From NCBI RefSeq assembly GCF_009914755.1, contig NC_060933.1: a DNA stretch of 64,000 nt, one strand, 5' to 3'. Positions 1-14,100 of this stretch are shown piece by piece. This DNA is from the human T2T-CHM13v2.0 reference genome, Homo sapiens. The notes under the pieces are model-generated. The model did not search any database, was not told where the DNA came from, and saw only the letters and a program-made list of their open reading frames with translations. The stretch's first letter is position 1. The number at the start of each line of letters is the position of its first letter. A program made the position numbers and the translations under genes.

Positions 1-1096
1 ATTCCATTCCATTGCAATCGAGTTGATTCCATTCCATTCCTTTCCATTCCATTCCATTGCCTTGCATTCCAATCGGGTTGATTCCATTCCCTTCTTTCCA
101 CTCCTTTACATTCCCTTCCATTCCACTCGGAATCATTGATTCCATTCCATTCCATTCCATTTCATTCCATTGCAATCCATTCCAATCCATTCCATTCCAT
201 TCCACTCGAGTTGATTTCATTCCATTCCTTTCCATTCCATTCCATTCCTTTCTACTCGAGTTGATACCATTCCATTCCATTCCATTGCATTCCATTCCAT
301 GCCATTCCACTCGGGTTGATTCCATTCCTTTGCATTCCATTCCATTCCATTCCATTCCATTCCATTCCATTCCATTCCGTTGCATTCCATTCCGTTACAT
401 TCTGATTGATTCTATTCAACTCCCTTACTCTCCATTATATTCCATTCCATTCGGGTTGTTCCATTCCATTCCATTCCATTCCATTCCATTCCATTCCATT
501 CCGGATTATTCCATTCCATTGCATTCCGTTCCATTACATTCCCCTGCGCTCACGTTGATTCCATTCCATTCCATTCCATTCCATTCAATTCCATTCCATT
601 ACAATTCGTTCCATTCCATTCTATTCCGTACCATTCCATTCCATTCCATACCATTCCATTCCGTTCCATTCCATTCCATTGCATTCCATTCCATTCCGTT
701 CCATTCCGTTCCATTCCATTCCATTCCATTCTATTCAGGTTAATCCCATTCCATTCCATTCCATTCTATTCGGATTAGTTCCATTCCATTCCATTCCATT
801 CAGTTCTATTCCATTCCATTGCAATCGAGTTGAATCCATTGCATTTCATTCCATTCCATTCCATTCCATTCCATTCCGGAAGTTTCCATTCCATTGCATT
901 CCATTCCATTCCTTTCAATTCCATTCCGTTCCATTCCATTCCATTACATTTGGATTGATTCTATTCAACTCCCTTAGTCTCCATTAGATTCCATTCCATT
1001 CGGGTTGTTCCATTCCATTCCATTCCATTCCACTCCATTCCATTGCACTCGGGTTTATTCCATACCATTCCATTCCATTCCATTCAATTCCATTCC

Positions 1097-1111
1097 ATTC
1101 CGGAAGATTCC
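1097..1111. promoter_or_regulatory. Consensus heat-shock element (nTTCnnGAAnnTTCn), representative of roughly 35-40 copies
   Basis: aTTCcgGAAgaTTCc is three alternating nGAAn pentamers. It also occurs at e.g. 3422, 5134, 5723, 7041, 7216, 9587, 44566 and, reversed, at 24591 (ggaatcttccggaat). This is a motif match only; binding is not shown by the sequence. Confidence 0.6.
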
Positions 1112-1298
1112 ATTCCATTTCTTTCCATTCCATTCCATTCCCCTGCACTCGCGTTGATTCCATTCCATTCCATTCCATTCCATTCCATTCCATTCCGTTC
1201 CGTTCCGTTCCATTCCATTCCATTCCATTCCATTCCATTCCGTTCCGTTCCATTCCATTCCATTCCATTCTATTCGGGTTAATTCCATTCCACTCCAT

Positions 1299-1312
1299 TC
1301 GATTGCAATCGA
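1299..1312. repeat. 14-bp perfect palindrome TCGATTGCAATCGA (representative of many copies)
   Basis: It equals its own reverse complement and reads identically in the inverted block (e.g. 23802-23815). Confidence 0.9.
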
Positions 1313-4300
1313 GTTGATTCCATTCCATTCCATTCCATTCCATTCCATTCCTTTCCATTCCATTACGGATGATTCCATTCCATTGCATTCCATTCCATTC
1401 CATTCCCCTGTACTCGGGTTGATTCCATTCCATTCCATTCCAATCCATGCCATTCCACTCGTGTTGATTCCATTCTTTTCATTCCATTCAAGTTGAATCC
1501 ATTCCATTGCATTCCATTCCATTCCATTCCCCTGCAGTCGGGTTGATTCCATTCCATTCCATTCCATTCCATTCCATTCCATTCCATTCCAATCAAGTTG
1601 ACTCCATTCCATTCCATTCCATTGCATTCCATTCCATTCCACTCCATTCCAGTCCTTTCCATTCCATTCCACTCGGGTTGATTCCAATGTATTCCTTTCC
1701 ATTCCATTCCATTCCATTGCAATCGAGTTGATTCCATTGCTTTGCATTCCATTCCATTCCATTCCATTCCGGATGATTCCATTCCATTGCATTCCATTCC
1801 ATTCCATTCCCCTGCACTCGGGTTGATTCCATTCCATTCCACTCCATTCCATTCCATTCCATTCCATTGCATTGCATTCCATTCCATTCCCCTGCACTCG
1901 GGTTGATTCCATTCCATTCCATTCCATTCCATTCCATTCCATTCCATTCCTTTCCATTCCATTACGGATGATTCCATTCCATTGCATTCCATTCCATTCC
2001 ATTCCCCTGTACTCGGGTTGATTCCATTCCATTCCATTCCAATCCATGCCATTCCACTCGTGTTGATTCCATTCTTTCCATTCCATTCAAGTTGAATCCA
2101 TTCCATTGCATTCCATTCCATTCGATTCCATTCGATTGCACTCGGGGTGATTCCATTCCATTGCATTCCATTCCATTCCATTCCATTCCATTCCATTACA
2201 TTCCGTTCCATTCCATTCCATTACATTCGGATTGATTCTATTCAATTCCCTTACACTCCATTACATTACATTCCATTCGGGTAATTTCCATTCCATTCCA
2301 TTCCATTCCTCTCCATTCCATTGAACTCGGGTTGATTCCATTCCATTGCATTCCATACCATTCCATTCAATTCCATTCCGTTCCATTCCATTCCATTACA
2401 TTCGGATTGATTCTATTCAACTCCCTTACTCTCCATTACATTCCATTCCATTCGGGTTGTTCCATTCCATTCCATTCCATTCCACTCCATTCCATTGCAC
2501 TCGGGTTGATTCCATTCCATTCCATTCCATTCCATTCCATTCCATTCAGGAAGATTCCATTCCATTGCATTCCATTCCATTCCATTCCCCTGCACTCGCG
2601 TTGATTCCATTCCATTCCATTCCATTCCATTCCATTCCGTTCCGTTCCGTTCCGTTCCATTCCATTCCATTCCATTCCATTCCATTCCATTCCATTCCGT
2701 TCCGTTCCATTCCATTCCATTCCATTCTATTTGGGTTAATTCCATTCCATTCCATTCGATTGCAATCGAGTTGATTCCATTCCATTCCATTCCAATCCAT
2801 TCCATTCCATTCCTTTCCATTCCATTACGGATGATTCCATTCCATTGCATTCCATTCCATTCCATTCCCCTGTACTCAGGTTGATTCCATTCCATTGCAT
2901 TCCAATCCATGCCCTTCAACTCGTGTTGATTCCATTCTTTCCATTCCATTCAAGTTGAATCCATTCCATTGCATTCCATTCCATTCGATTCCATTCGATT
3001 GCACTCGGGTTGATTCCATTCCATTGCATTCCATTCCATTCCATTCCATTCCATTCCATTCCATTCCGTTCCGTTCCATTCCATTCCATTACATTCGGAT
3101 TGATTCTATTCAATTCCCTTACACTCCGTTACATTCCATTCCATTCGGGTAGTTTCCATTCCATTCCATTCCATTCCTCTCCATTCCATTGCACTCGGGT
3201 TGATTCCATTCCATTGCATTCCATTCCATTCTATTCAACTCGATTCCTTTCCATTCCATTCCATTACATTCGCATTGATTCTATTCAACTCCCTTACTCT
3301 CCATTACATTCCATTCCATTCGGGTTGTTCCATTCCATTCCATTCCATTCCACTCCATTCCATTGCACTCGGGTTTATTCCATTCCATTCCATTCCATTC
3401 CATTCCATTCCATTCCATTCCATTCCGGAAGATTCCATTCCATTGCATTCCATTCCATTCCATTCCCCTGCACTCGCGTTGATTCCATTCCATTCCATTC
3501 CATTCCATTCCATTCCATTCCATTCCATTCCTTTCCGTTCCATTCCATTCCATTCCATTCCATTCCATTCCATTCCGTTCCGTTCCGTTCCGTTCCGTTC
3601 CATTCCATTCCATTCCATTCTATTCGGGTTAATTCCATTCAATTCCATTCGACTGCAATCGAGTTGATTCCATTCCATTCCATTCCATTCCATTCCATTC
3701 CATTCCTTTCCATTCCATTACGGATGATTCCATTCCATTGCATTCCATTCCATTCCATTCCCCTGTACTCGGGTTGATTCCATTCCATTCCATTCCAATC
3801 CATGCCATTCCACTCGTGTTGATTCCATTCTTTCCATTCCATTCAAGTTGAATCCATTCCATTGCATTCCATTCCATTCCATTCCCCTGCAGTCGGGTTG
3901 ATTCGATTCGATTCCATTCCATTCCATTCCATTCCATTCCATTCCGTTCCGTTCCGTTCCATTCCATTCCATTCCATTCTATTCGGGTTAATTCCATTCC
4001 ATTCCATTCCATTCCATTCCATTCCATTCCATTCCAATCGAGTTGATTCCATTCCATTCCATTCCATTACATTCCACTCCGTTCCAGTCCTTTCCATTCC
4101 ATTCCAGTCGGGTTGATTCCAATGTATTCCTTTCCATTCCATTCCATTCCATTGCAGTCGAGTTGATTCCATTGCTTTGCATTCCATTCCATTACGGATG
4201 ATTCCATTCCATTGCATTCCATTCCATTCCGTTCCCCTGCACTCGGGTTGATTCCATTCCATTCCATTCCGTTCCGTTCCATTCCATTCCATTCCATTCT

Positions 4301-7300
4301 ATTCGGGTTAATTCCATTCCATTCCATTCGATTGCAATCGTGTTGATTCCATTCCATTGCATTCCATTCCATTCCATTCCCCTGCACTCGGGTTGATTCC
4401 TTTCCATTCCATTCCGTTCCGTTCCATTCCATTCCATTCCATTCTATTTGGGTTAATTCCATTCCATTCCATTCGATTGCAATCGAGTTGATTCCATTCC
4501 ATTCCATTCCATTCCATTCCATTCCATTCCATTCCTTTCCATTCCATTACGGATGATTCCATTCCATTGCATTCCATTCCATTCCATTCCCCTGTACTCG
4601 GGTTGATTCCATTCCATTGCATTCCAATCCATGCCCTTCCACTCGTGTTGATTCCATTCTTTCCATTCCATTCAAGTTGAATCCATTCCATTGCATTCCA
4701 TTCCATTCGATTCCATTCGATTGCACTCGGGTTGATTCCATTCCATTGCATTCCATTCCATTCCATTCCATTCCATTCCATTCCGTTCCGTTCCATTCCA
4801 TTCCATTACATTCGGATTGATTCTATTCAATTCCCCTACACTCCATTACATTCCATTCCATTCGGGTAGTTTCCATTCCATTCCATTCCATTCCTCTCCA
4901 TTCCATTGCACTCGGGTTGATTCCATTCCATTGCATTCCATTCCATTCCATTCAACTCGATTCCTTTCCATTCCATTCCATTACATTCGGATTGATTCTA
5001 TTCAACTCCCTTACTCTCCATTACATTCCATTCCATTCGGGTTGTTCCATTCCATTCCATTCCATTCCACTCCATTCCATTGCACTCGGGTTTATTCCAT
5101 TCCATTCCATTCCATTCCATTCCATTCCATTCCATTCCGGAAGATTCCATTCCATTGCATTCCATTCCATTCCATTCCCCTGCACTCGCGTTGATTCCAT
5201 TCCATTCCATTCCATTCCATTCCATTCCATTCCATTCCGTTGCATTCCATTCCATTACATTCGGATTGATTCTATTCAACTCAATTACATTCCATTACAT
5301 TCCATTCCATTCGGGTTGTTCCATTCCATTCCATAACATTCCACTCCATTCCATTGCACTCGGGTTGATTCCATTCCCTTCCCTTCCATTCCATTCCATT
5401 CCATTCCGGATGATTCCATTCCATTGCATTCCGTTCCATTACATTCCCCTGCACTCGCGTTGATTCCATTCCATTCCATTCAATTCCATTAAATTACAAT
5501 TAGTTACATTCCATTATATGCCGTACCATTCCATTCCATTCCATACCATTCCATTCCATTCCATTCCATTCCATTCCGTTCCATTCCGTTCCATTGCATT
5601 CCATTCCATTCTATTCGGGTTCATTCTATTCCATTCCATTCCATTCCGTTCTATTCCATTCCATTGCAATCGAGTTGAATCCATTGCATTTCATTCCATT
5701 CCATTCCATTCCATTCCATTCCATTCCGGAAGATTCCATTCCATTGCATTCCATTCCATTCCATTCCCCTGCACTCGCGTTGATTCCATTCCATTCCATT
5801 CCATTCCATTCCATTCCGTTCCGTTCCATTCCATTCCATTCCATTCCATTCCATTCCGTTCCGTTCCGTTCCATTCCATTCCATTCAATTCTATTCAGGT
5901 TAATTCCATTCCATTCCATTCGACTGCAATCGAGTTGATTCCATTCCATTCCATTCCATTCCATTCCATTCCATTGCTTTCCATTCCAGTACGGATGATT
6001 CCATTCCATTGCATTCCATTCCATTCCATTCCCCTGTACTCGGGTTGATTCCATTCCATTCCATTCCAATCCATGCCATTCCACTCGTGTTGATTCCACT
6101 CTTTCCATTCCATTCAAGTTGAATCCATTCCATTGCATTCCATTCCATTCCATTCCCCTGCAGTCGGGTTGATTCCATTCCATTCCATTCCATTCCATTC
6201 CATTCCATTCCATTCCGTTCCGTTCCGTTCCGTTCCATTCCATTCCATTCCATTCCATTCTATTCGGGTTAATTCCATTCCATTCCATTCCATTCCATTC
6301 CATTCCAATCGAGTTGATTCCATTCCATTCCATTCCATTCCATTCCACTCCATTCCAGTCCTTTCCATTCCATTCCACTCGGGTTGATTCCAATGTATTC
6401 CTTTCCATTCCATTCCATTCCATTGCAATCGAGTTGATTCCATTGCTTTGCATTCCATTCCGGATGATTCCATTCCATTGCATTCCATTCCATTCCATTC
6501 CCCTGCACTCGGGATGATTCCATTCTATTCCACTCCATTCCGTTCCATTCCATTCCATTCCATTGTATTCGGGTTAATTCCATTCCATTCCATTCCATTG
6601 CATTCCATTCCACCACAATCGAGTTGGTTCCATTCCATTCCATTCCATTCCATTCCATTCCATTCCATTCCGGATGATTCCATTCCATTACATTCCGTTC
6701 CATTACATTCCCCTGCACTCGGGTTGATTCCATTCCATTCCATTCCATTCCATTCGATTCCATTCCATTCCAATTGTTTCCATTCCATTCTATTCCGTAC
6801 ATTCCATTCCATTCCATACCATTCCATTCCATTCCATTCCATTCCATTCCATTCCGTTCCGTTCTGTTCCGTTCCGTTCCATTCCATTCCATTCCATTTT
6901 ATTCGGGTTAATTCCATTCCATTCCATTCCATTCCATTCTATTCCATTCCATTGCAATAGAGATGAATCCATTGCATTCCATTCCATTCCATTCCATTCC
7001 ATTGCAATCGAGTTGAATCCATTGCATTCCATTCTATTCCATTCCGGAAGATTCCATTCCATTGCATTCCATTCCATTCCATTCCATTCCTTTCCATTCC
7101 ATTACGAATGATTCCATTCCACTGCATTACATTCCATTCCATTCCCCTGTACTCGGGTTGATTCCATTCCATTCCATTCCATTCCATTCCATTCTATTCC
7201 ATTCCATTCCATTCCATTCCGGAAGATTCCATTCCATTGCATTCCATTCCATTCCTTTTCCCTGCACTCGCGTTGATTCCATTCCATTGCATTCCATTCC

Positions 7301-10300
7301 ATTCCATTCCATTCCATTCCATTCCATTCCATTCCGATCCGTTCCATTACATACCATTCCATTCCATTCCGTTCCGTTCCATTCCATTCCATTCCATTCC
7401 ATTCTATTCGGGTTAATTCCATTCCATTCCATTCGATTGCAATCGAGTTGATTCCATTCCATTCCATTCCAAACCATGCCATTCCACTCGTTATGATTCC
7501 ATTCTTTCCATTCCATTCAAGTTCAATCCATTCCATTGCATTCCATTCCATTCGATTCCATTCGATTGCACTTGGGTTGATTCCATGGCATTGCATTCCA
7601 TTCCATTCCATTCCATTCCATTCCATTCCTTTCCATTGCATTCCATTCCATTCCATTCCATTCTATTCGGATTCATTCTATTCAATTCCCTTACACTCCA
7701 TTACATTCCATTCCTTTCGTGTAGTTTCCATTCCATTCCATTCCATTCCTCTCCATTCCATTGCACTCGGGTTGATTCCATTCCATTCCATTCCATTCCA
7801 TTCCATTCCATTCCATTCCATTCCATTCCGGATGATTCCATTCCATTGAATTCCATTGCATTCCATTCCCCTGCACTTGGGTTGATTCCATTCCATTCCT
7901 TTCCATTCCTTTCTTTTCCATTCCATTCCATTCCATTCCATTCCATTCTTTCGTGTTAATTCCATTCCATTCTATTCCATTCCATTCCATTGAAATCGAG
8001 TTGAATCCATTCCATTCCATTCCATTCCATTCCATTGCACACGGGTTCATTCCATTCCATTCCATTCCATTCCATTCCATTCCATTCCATTCCATTCCAT
8101 ATCATTCCATTCCATTCTATTCCTTACCATTCCATTCCATCCCATTCCATTCCGTTCCATTCCATGCCATTACACTCGGGTTGATTCCATTCCTTTCCAT
8201 TCCACTCTTGTTGAATCCATTCCATTCCATTCCATTCCATTCGAATCCATTCCATTGCACTCGGGTTGATTCCATTCCATTCCATTCCATTCCTTTCCAT
8301 TTCATTCCATTCCATTCCATTACATTCGGATTGATTCTATTCAATTCCCTTACACTCCATTACATTCCATTACATTCGGGATGTTTCCATTCCATTCCAT
8401 TCCATTCCACTCCATTCCATTGCATCAGGTTGATTGCATTCCATTCCATTCCATTCCATTCCGGATGATTCCATTCCATTGCATTCCATTCCATTCCATT
8501 CCCCTGCACTCGGGTTGATTCCATTCCATTCCATTAAATTCCATTCCATTCCATTCCATTCCATTCCGTTCCATTCCATTCCATTCCATTCTATTCCGGT
8601 TAATTCCATTCCATTCCATTTTATTCCATTCCATTCCATTCCATTCCATTGCAATCGAGTTGATTCCATTCCATTCCATTCCATTCCGTTCCGGATGATT
8701 CCATTCCATTCCATTCCATTTCATTCCATTCCCCTGCAGTTGGGTTGATTCCATTCCATTCCATTCCATTCCATTCCGTTCCATTCCATTCCATTCCATT
8801 CTATTCGGGTTAATTCCATTCCATTCCATTCCATTCCATTCCATTCCAATCGAGTTGATTCCATTCCATTCCATTCCATTCCATTCCATTCCACTCCATT
8901 CCAGTCCTTTCCATTCCATTACACTCGGGTTGATTCCATTCTATTCCTTTCCATTCCATTCCATTCCATTGCAATCGAGTTGATTCCATTGCTTTGCATT
9001 CCATTCCATTCCCTTCCGGATGATTCCACTCCATTGCATTCCTTTCCATTCCATTCCCATGCACTCGGGTTGATTCCATTCCATTCCACTCCATTCCGTT
9101 CCATTCCATTCCATTCCATTGTATTTGGGTTAATTCCATTCCATTCCATTCCATTCCATTCCATTCCATTCCATTCCAGTCCTTTCCATTCCATTCCACT
9201 CGGGTTGATTCCATTCTATTAGTTTCCATTCCATTCCATTCCCTTCCATTCCACTCTGGTTGATTCCATTCCTTTCCATTCCACTTGAATACATTCCCTC
9301 CTATTCCACTCGGAACGATTCCATTCCATTCCATTCCATTCCATTCCATTCCATTCCATTCCATTCCATTTCGTTCCATTCCGTTCTATTCCGTACCATT
9401 CCATTCCATTCCATTCCTTTCCATTCCATTCGTTTCCACTAGTGTTGATTCCATTCTTTCCATTCCATTCGGTTTGAAGGCATTCCATTCCATTCAATTC
9501 CATTAAATTCCATTCCATTCCATTCCATTCTATTCCATTCCATTGCAATCGAGTTGAATCCATTGCCTTTCATTCCATTCCATTCCATTCCGGAAGATTC
9601 CATTCCATTGCATTCCATTCCATTCCATTCCCTTACACTCGCGTTGATTCCATTCCATTCCATTCCATTCCATTCCGTTCCGTTCCATTCCATTCCATTC
9701 CGTTCCGTTCCATTCCATTCCATTCTATTCGGGTTAATTCCATTCCATTCCATTCGATTGCCATTGAGTTGATTCCATTCCATTCCATTCCATTCCATTC
9801 CATTCCTTTCCATTCCACTACGGATGACTCCATTCCATTGCATTCCATTCCATTCAATTCCGCTGTACTCGGGTTGATTCCATTCCATTCCATTCCACTC
9901 CATACGGTTCCGTTGCATTCCATTCTATTGCATTCCATTCTATTCGGGTTAATTCCATTCCATTTTATTCCATTCCATTCCATTCCATTCCATTGCAATG
10001 GAGTTGATTCCATTCCATTCCATTCCATTCCGGATGATTCCATTCCATTGCATTCCATTCCATTCCATTCCCCTGCACTCGTGTTGATTCCATTCCCTTC
10101 CATTCCATTCCATTCCGTTCCATTCCATTCCATTCCATTCTATTCCGGTTAATTCCATTCCATTCCATTCCATTACATTCCATTCCATTCCATTCCATTC
10201 CATTGCAATCGAGTTGATTCCATTCCATTCCTTTCCATTCCATTCCATTGCCTTGCATTCCACTCGGGTTGATTCCATTCCCTTCTTTCCACTCCATTCC

Positions 10301-10578
10301 ATTCCCTTCCATGATTGATTCCATTCCATTCCATTCCATTTCATTCCATTGCAATCCATTCCAATCCATTCCATTCCATTCCATTCCACTCGAGTTGACT
10401 TCATTCCATTCCTTTCCATTCCATTCCATTCCTTTCCACTCGAGTTGATTCCATTCCATTCCAATCCATTGCATTCCATTCCATGCCATTCCACTCGGGT
10501 TGATTCCATTCCTTTGCATTCCATTCCATTCCATTCCATTCCATTCCATTCCATTCCATTCCGTTGCATTGCATTCCA

Positions 10579-11125
10579 TTACATTCGGATTGATTCTATT
10601 CAACTCCCTTACTCTCCATTACATTCCATTCCATTCGGGTTGTTCCATTCCATTCCATTCCATTCCACTCCATTCCATTGCACTCGGGTTGATTCCATTC
10701 CATTCCATTCCATTCCATTCCATTCCGGATGATTCCATTCCATTGCATTCCGTTCCATTACATTCCCCTGCACTCGCGTTGATTCCATTCCATTCCATTC
10801 CATTCCATTCCATTCCATTCCATTCCGTTCCATTCCGTTCCATTCCATTCCATTCCATTACATTCGGATTGATTCTATTCAACTCCCTTACTCTCCATTA
10901 CATTCCATTCCATTCGGGTTGTTCCATTCCATTCCATTCCATTCCACTCCATTCCATTGCACTCGGGTTGATTCCATTCCATTCCATTCCATTCCATTCC
11001 ATTCCGGATGATTCCATTCCATTGCATTCCGTTCCATTACATTCCCCTGCACTCGCGTTGATTCCATTCCATTCCATTCCATTCCATTCCATTCCATTCC
11101 ATTACATTCCCCTGCACTCGCGTTG
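10579..11125 (+). repeat. Local ~279-bp tandem duplication, plus a ~65-bp repeat of its last module
   Basis: ttacattcggattga at ~10579 and ~10858, with ORF pairs offset by 279 (10609/10888, 10619/10898). attacattcccctgcactcgcgttg recurs at ~11036 and ~11101. Confidence 0.8.
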
Positions 11126-14100
11126 ATTCCATTCCATTCCATTCAATTCCATTCCATTAAAATTCGTTCCATTCCATTCTATTCCGTACCATTCCATTCC
11201 ATTCCATACCATTCCATTCCATTCCATTCCATTCCATTCCATTCCATTCCATTCCGTTGCATTCCGTTCCATTCCATTCCATTCCATTCCATTCTATTCG
11301 GGTTAATCCCATTCCATTCCATTCCATTCCATTCTATTCCATTCCATTGCAATCGTGTTGAATCCATTGCATTTCATTCCATTCCATTCCATTCCATTCC
11401 ATTCCATTCTGGAAGATTCCATTCCATTGTATTCCATTCCATGCCATTCCCCTGCACTCGCGTTGATTCCATTCCATTCCATTCCATTCCATTCCATTCC
11501 ATTCCATTCCATTGCGTTCCGTTCCATTCCATTCCATTCCATTCCATTCCATTCCGTTCCGTTCCGTTCCATTCCATTCCATTCCATTCTATTCGGGTTA
11601 ATTCCATTCCATTCCATTCGATTGCAATCGTGTTGATTCCATTCCATTCCAATCCATTCCATTCCATTCCATTCCATTTCATTCCTTTCCATTCCATTAC
11701 GGATGATTCCATTCCATTGCATTCCATTCCGTTCCATTCCCCTGTACTCGAGTTGATTCCATTCCATTGCATTCCAATCCATGCCCTTCCACTCGTGTTG
11801 ATTCCATTCTTTCCATTCCATTCAAGTTGAATCCATTCCATTGCATTCCATTCCATTCGATTCCATTCGATTGCACTCGGGTTGATTCCATTCCATTGCA
11901 TTCCATTCCATTGCATTCCATTCCATTCCATTCCATTCCGTTCCATTCCATTCCATTACATTCAGATTGATTCTATTCAATTCCCTTACACTCCATTATA
12001 TTCCAATCCATTCTGGTTGTTTCCATTCCATTCCATTCCATTTCACTCCATTCCATTGCACTCGGGTTGATTCCATTCCATTCTACTCCATTGCATTCCA
12101 TTCCATTCCATTCCGGATGATTCCATTCCATTGCATTCCATTCCATTCCATTCGTCTGCACTCGGGTTGATTCCATTCCATTCCATTCCATTACATTCCG
12201 TTCCATTCCATTCCATTCCATTCGGATTGATTCTATTCAATTCCCTTACGCTCCATTACATTCCATTCCATTCGGGTAGTTTCCATTCCATTCCATTCCA
12301 TTCCTCTCCATTCCATTGCACTCGGGTTGATTCCATTCCATTCCATTCCATTCCATTCCATTCCACTACATTCCATTCCATTCCGTTCCATTATACTCGG
12401 GTTGATTCCATTCCATTGCATTCCATTCCATTCCATTCCATTCCATTCCATTCCATTCCATTCCGTTCCATTCCATTACATTCTGATTGATTCTATTCAA
12501 CTCCCTTACTCTCCATTACATTCCATTCCATTCGGGTTGTTCCATTCCATTCCATTCCATTCCACTCCATTCCATTGCAATCGGGTTGATTCCATTCCAT
12601 TCCATTCCATTCCATTCCATTCCATTCCATTGCATTCCGGATGATTCCATTCCATTGCATTCCTTTCCATTCCATTCCGCTGCACTCGTGTTGATTCCAT
12701 TACGTTCCATTCCATTCCATTCCGTTCCATTCCATTGCATTCCATTCTATTCCGGTTAATTCCATTCCATTCCATTCCATTCCATTCCATTCCATTCCAT
12801 TCCGTTCCATTCCATTTCATTACATTCAGATTGATTCTATTCAATTCACTTACACTCCATTATATTCCAATCCATTCTGGTTGTTTCCATTCCATTCCAT
12901 TCCATTTCACTGCATTCCATTGCACTCGGGTTGATTCCATTCCATTCCATTCCATTGCATTCCATTCCATTCCATTCCGGATGATTCCATTCCGTTGCAT
13001 TCCATTCCATTCCATTCCCCTGCACTCGCGTTGATTCCATTCCATTCCATTCTTTACATTCCGTTCCATTCCATTCCATTCCATTTGGATTGATTCTATT
13101 CAATTCCCTTACACTCCATTACATTCCATTCCATTCGGGTAGTTTCCATTCCATTCCATTCCATTCCTCTCCATTCCATTGCACTCGGGTTGATTCCATT
13201 CCATTCTTTCCATTCCATTCCATTCCATTCCATTGTACTCGGGTTGATTCCCTTCCATTGCATTCCATTCCATTCCATTCCATTCCATTCCATTCCATTC
13301 CATTCCGTTCCATTCCATTACATTCGGATTGTTTCTATTCAACTCCCTTCCTCTCCATTACATTCCATTCCATTCGCGTTGTTCCATTCCATTCCATTCC
13401 ATTCCACTCCATTCCATTGCACTCGTGTTGATTCCATTCCATTCCATTCCATTCCATTCCAATCCATTGTACTCGGTTTGATTCCATTCCATTGCATTCC
13501 ATTCCATTCCATTCCATTCCTTTCCGTTCCTTTCCATTACATTCGGATTGATTCTGTTCAACTCCCTTACTCTCCATTACATTCCATTCCATTCGGGTAG
13601 TTCCATTCCATTCCATTCCATTCCATTCCACTCCATTCCATTGCACTCGTGTTGATTCCATTCCATTCCATTGCATTCCGTTCCGCATGATTCCATTCCA
13701 TTGCATTCCATTCCATTCCATTCCCCTGCAGTTGGGTTGATTCCATTCCATTCCATTCAATTCCATTCCATTCCATTCCGTTCCGTTCCATTCCATTCCA
13801 TTCCATTCCGTTCCATTCCATTCCTTTCCGTTCCATTCCATTCCATTCCATTCCATTCTATTCGGGTTAATTCCATTCCATTCCATTCGATTGCAATCGA
13901 GTTGATTCCATTCCATTCCATTCCATTCCATTCCATTCCATTCCATTCCATTCCGTTGCTTTCCATTCCATTACGGATGATTCCATTCCATTGCATTCCA
14001 TTCCATTCCATTCCCCTGTACTCGGGTTGATTCCATTCCTTTGCATTCCATTCCATTCCATTCCATTCCATTGCATTCCATTCCGTTCCATTCCATTTCA

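Noticed and set aside
2401-2420. cggattgattctattcaa as a DUX4 site
   Set aside because: It contains TGATT, but the second half does not match the TGATTRRRTTA-type consensus.
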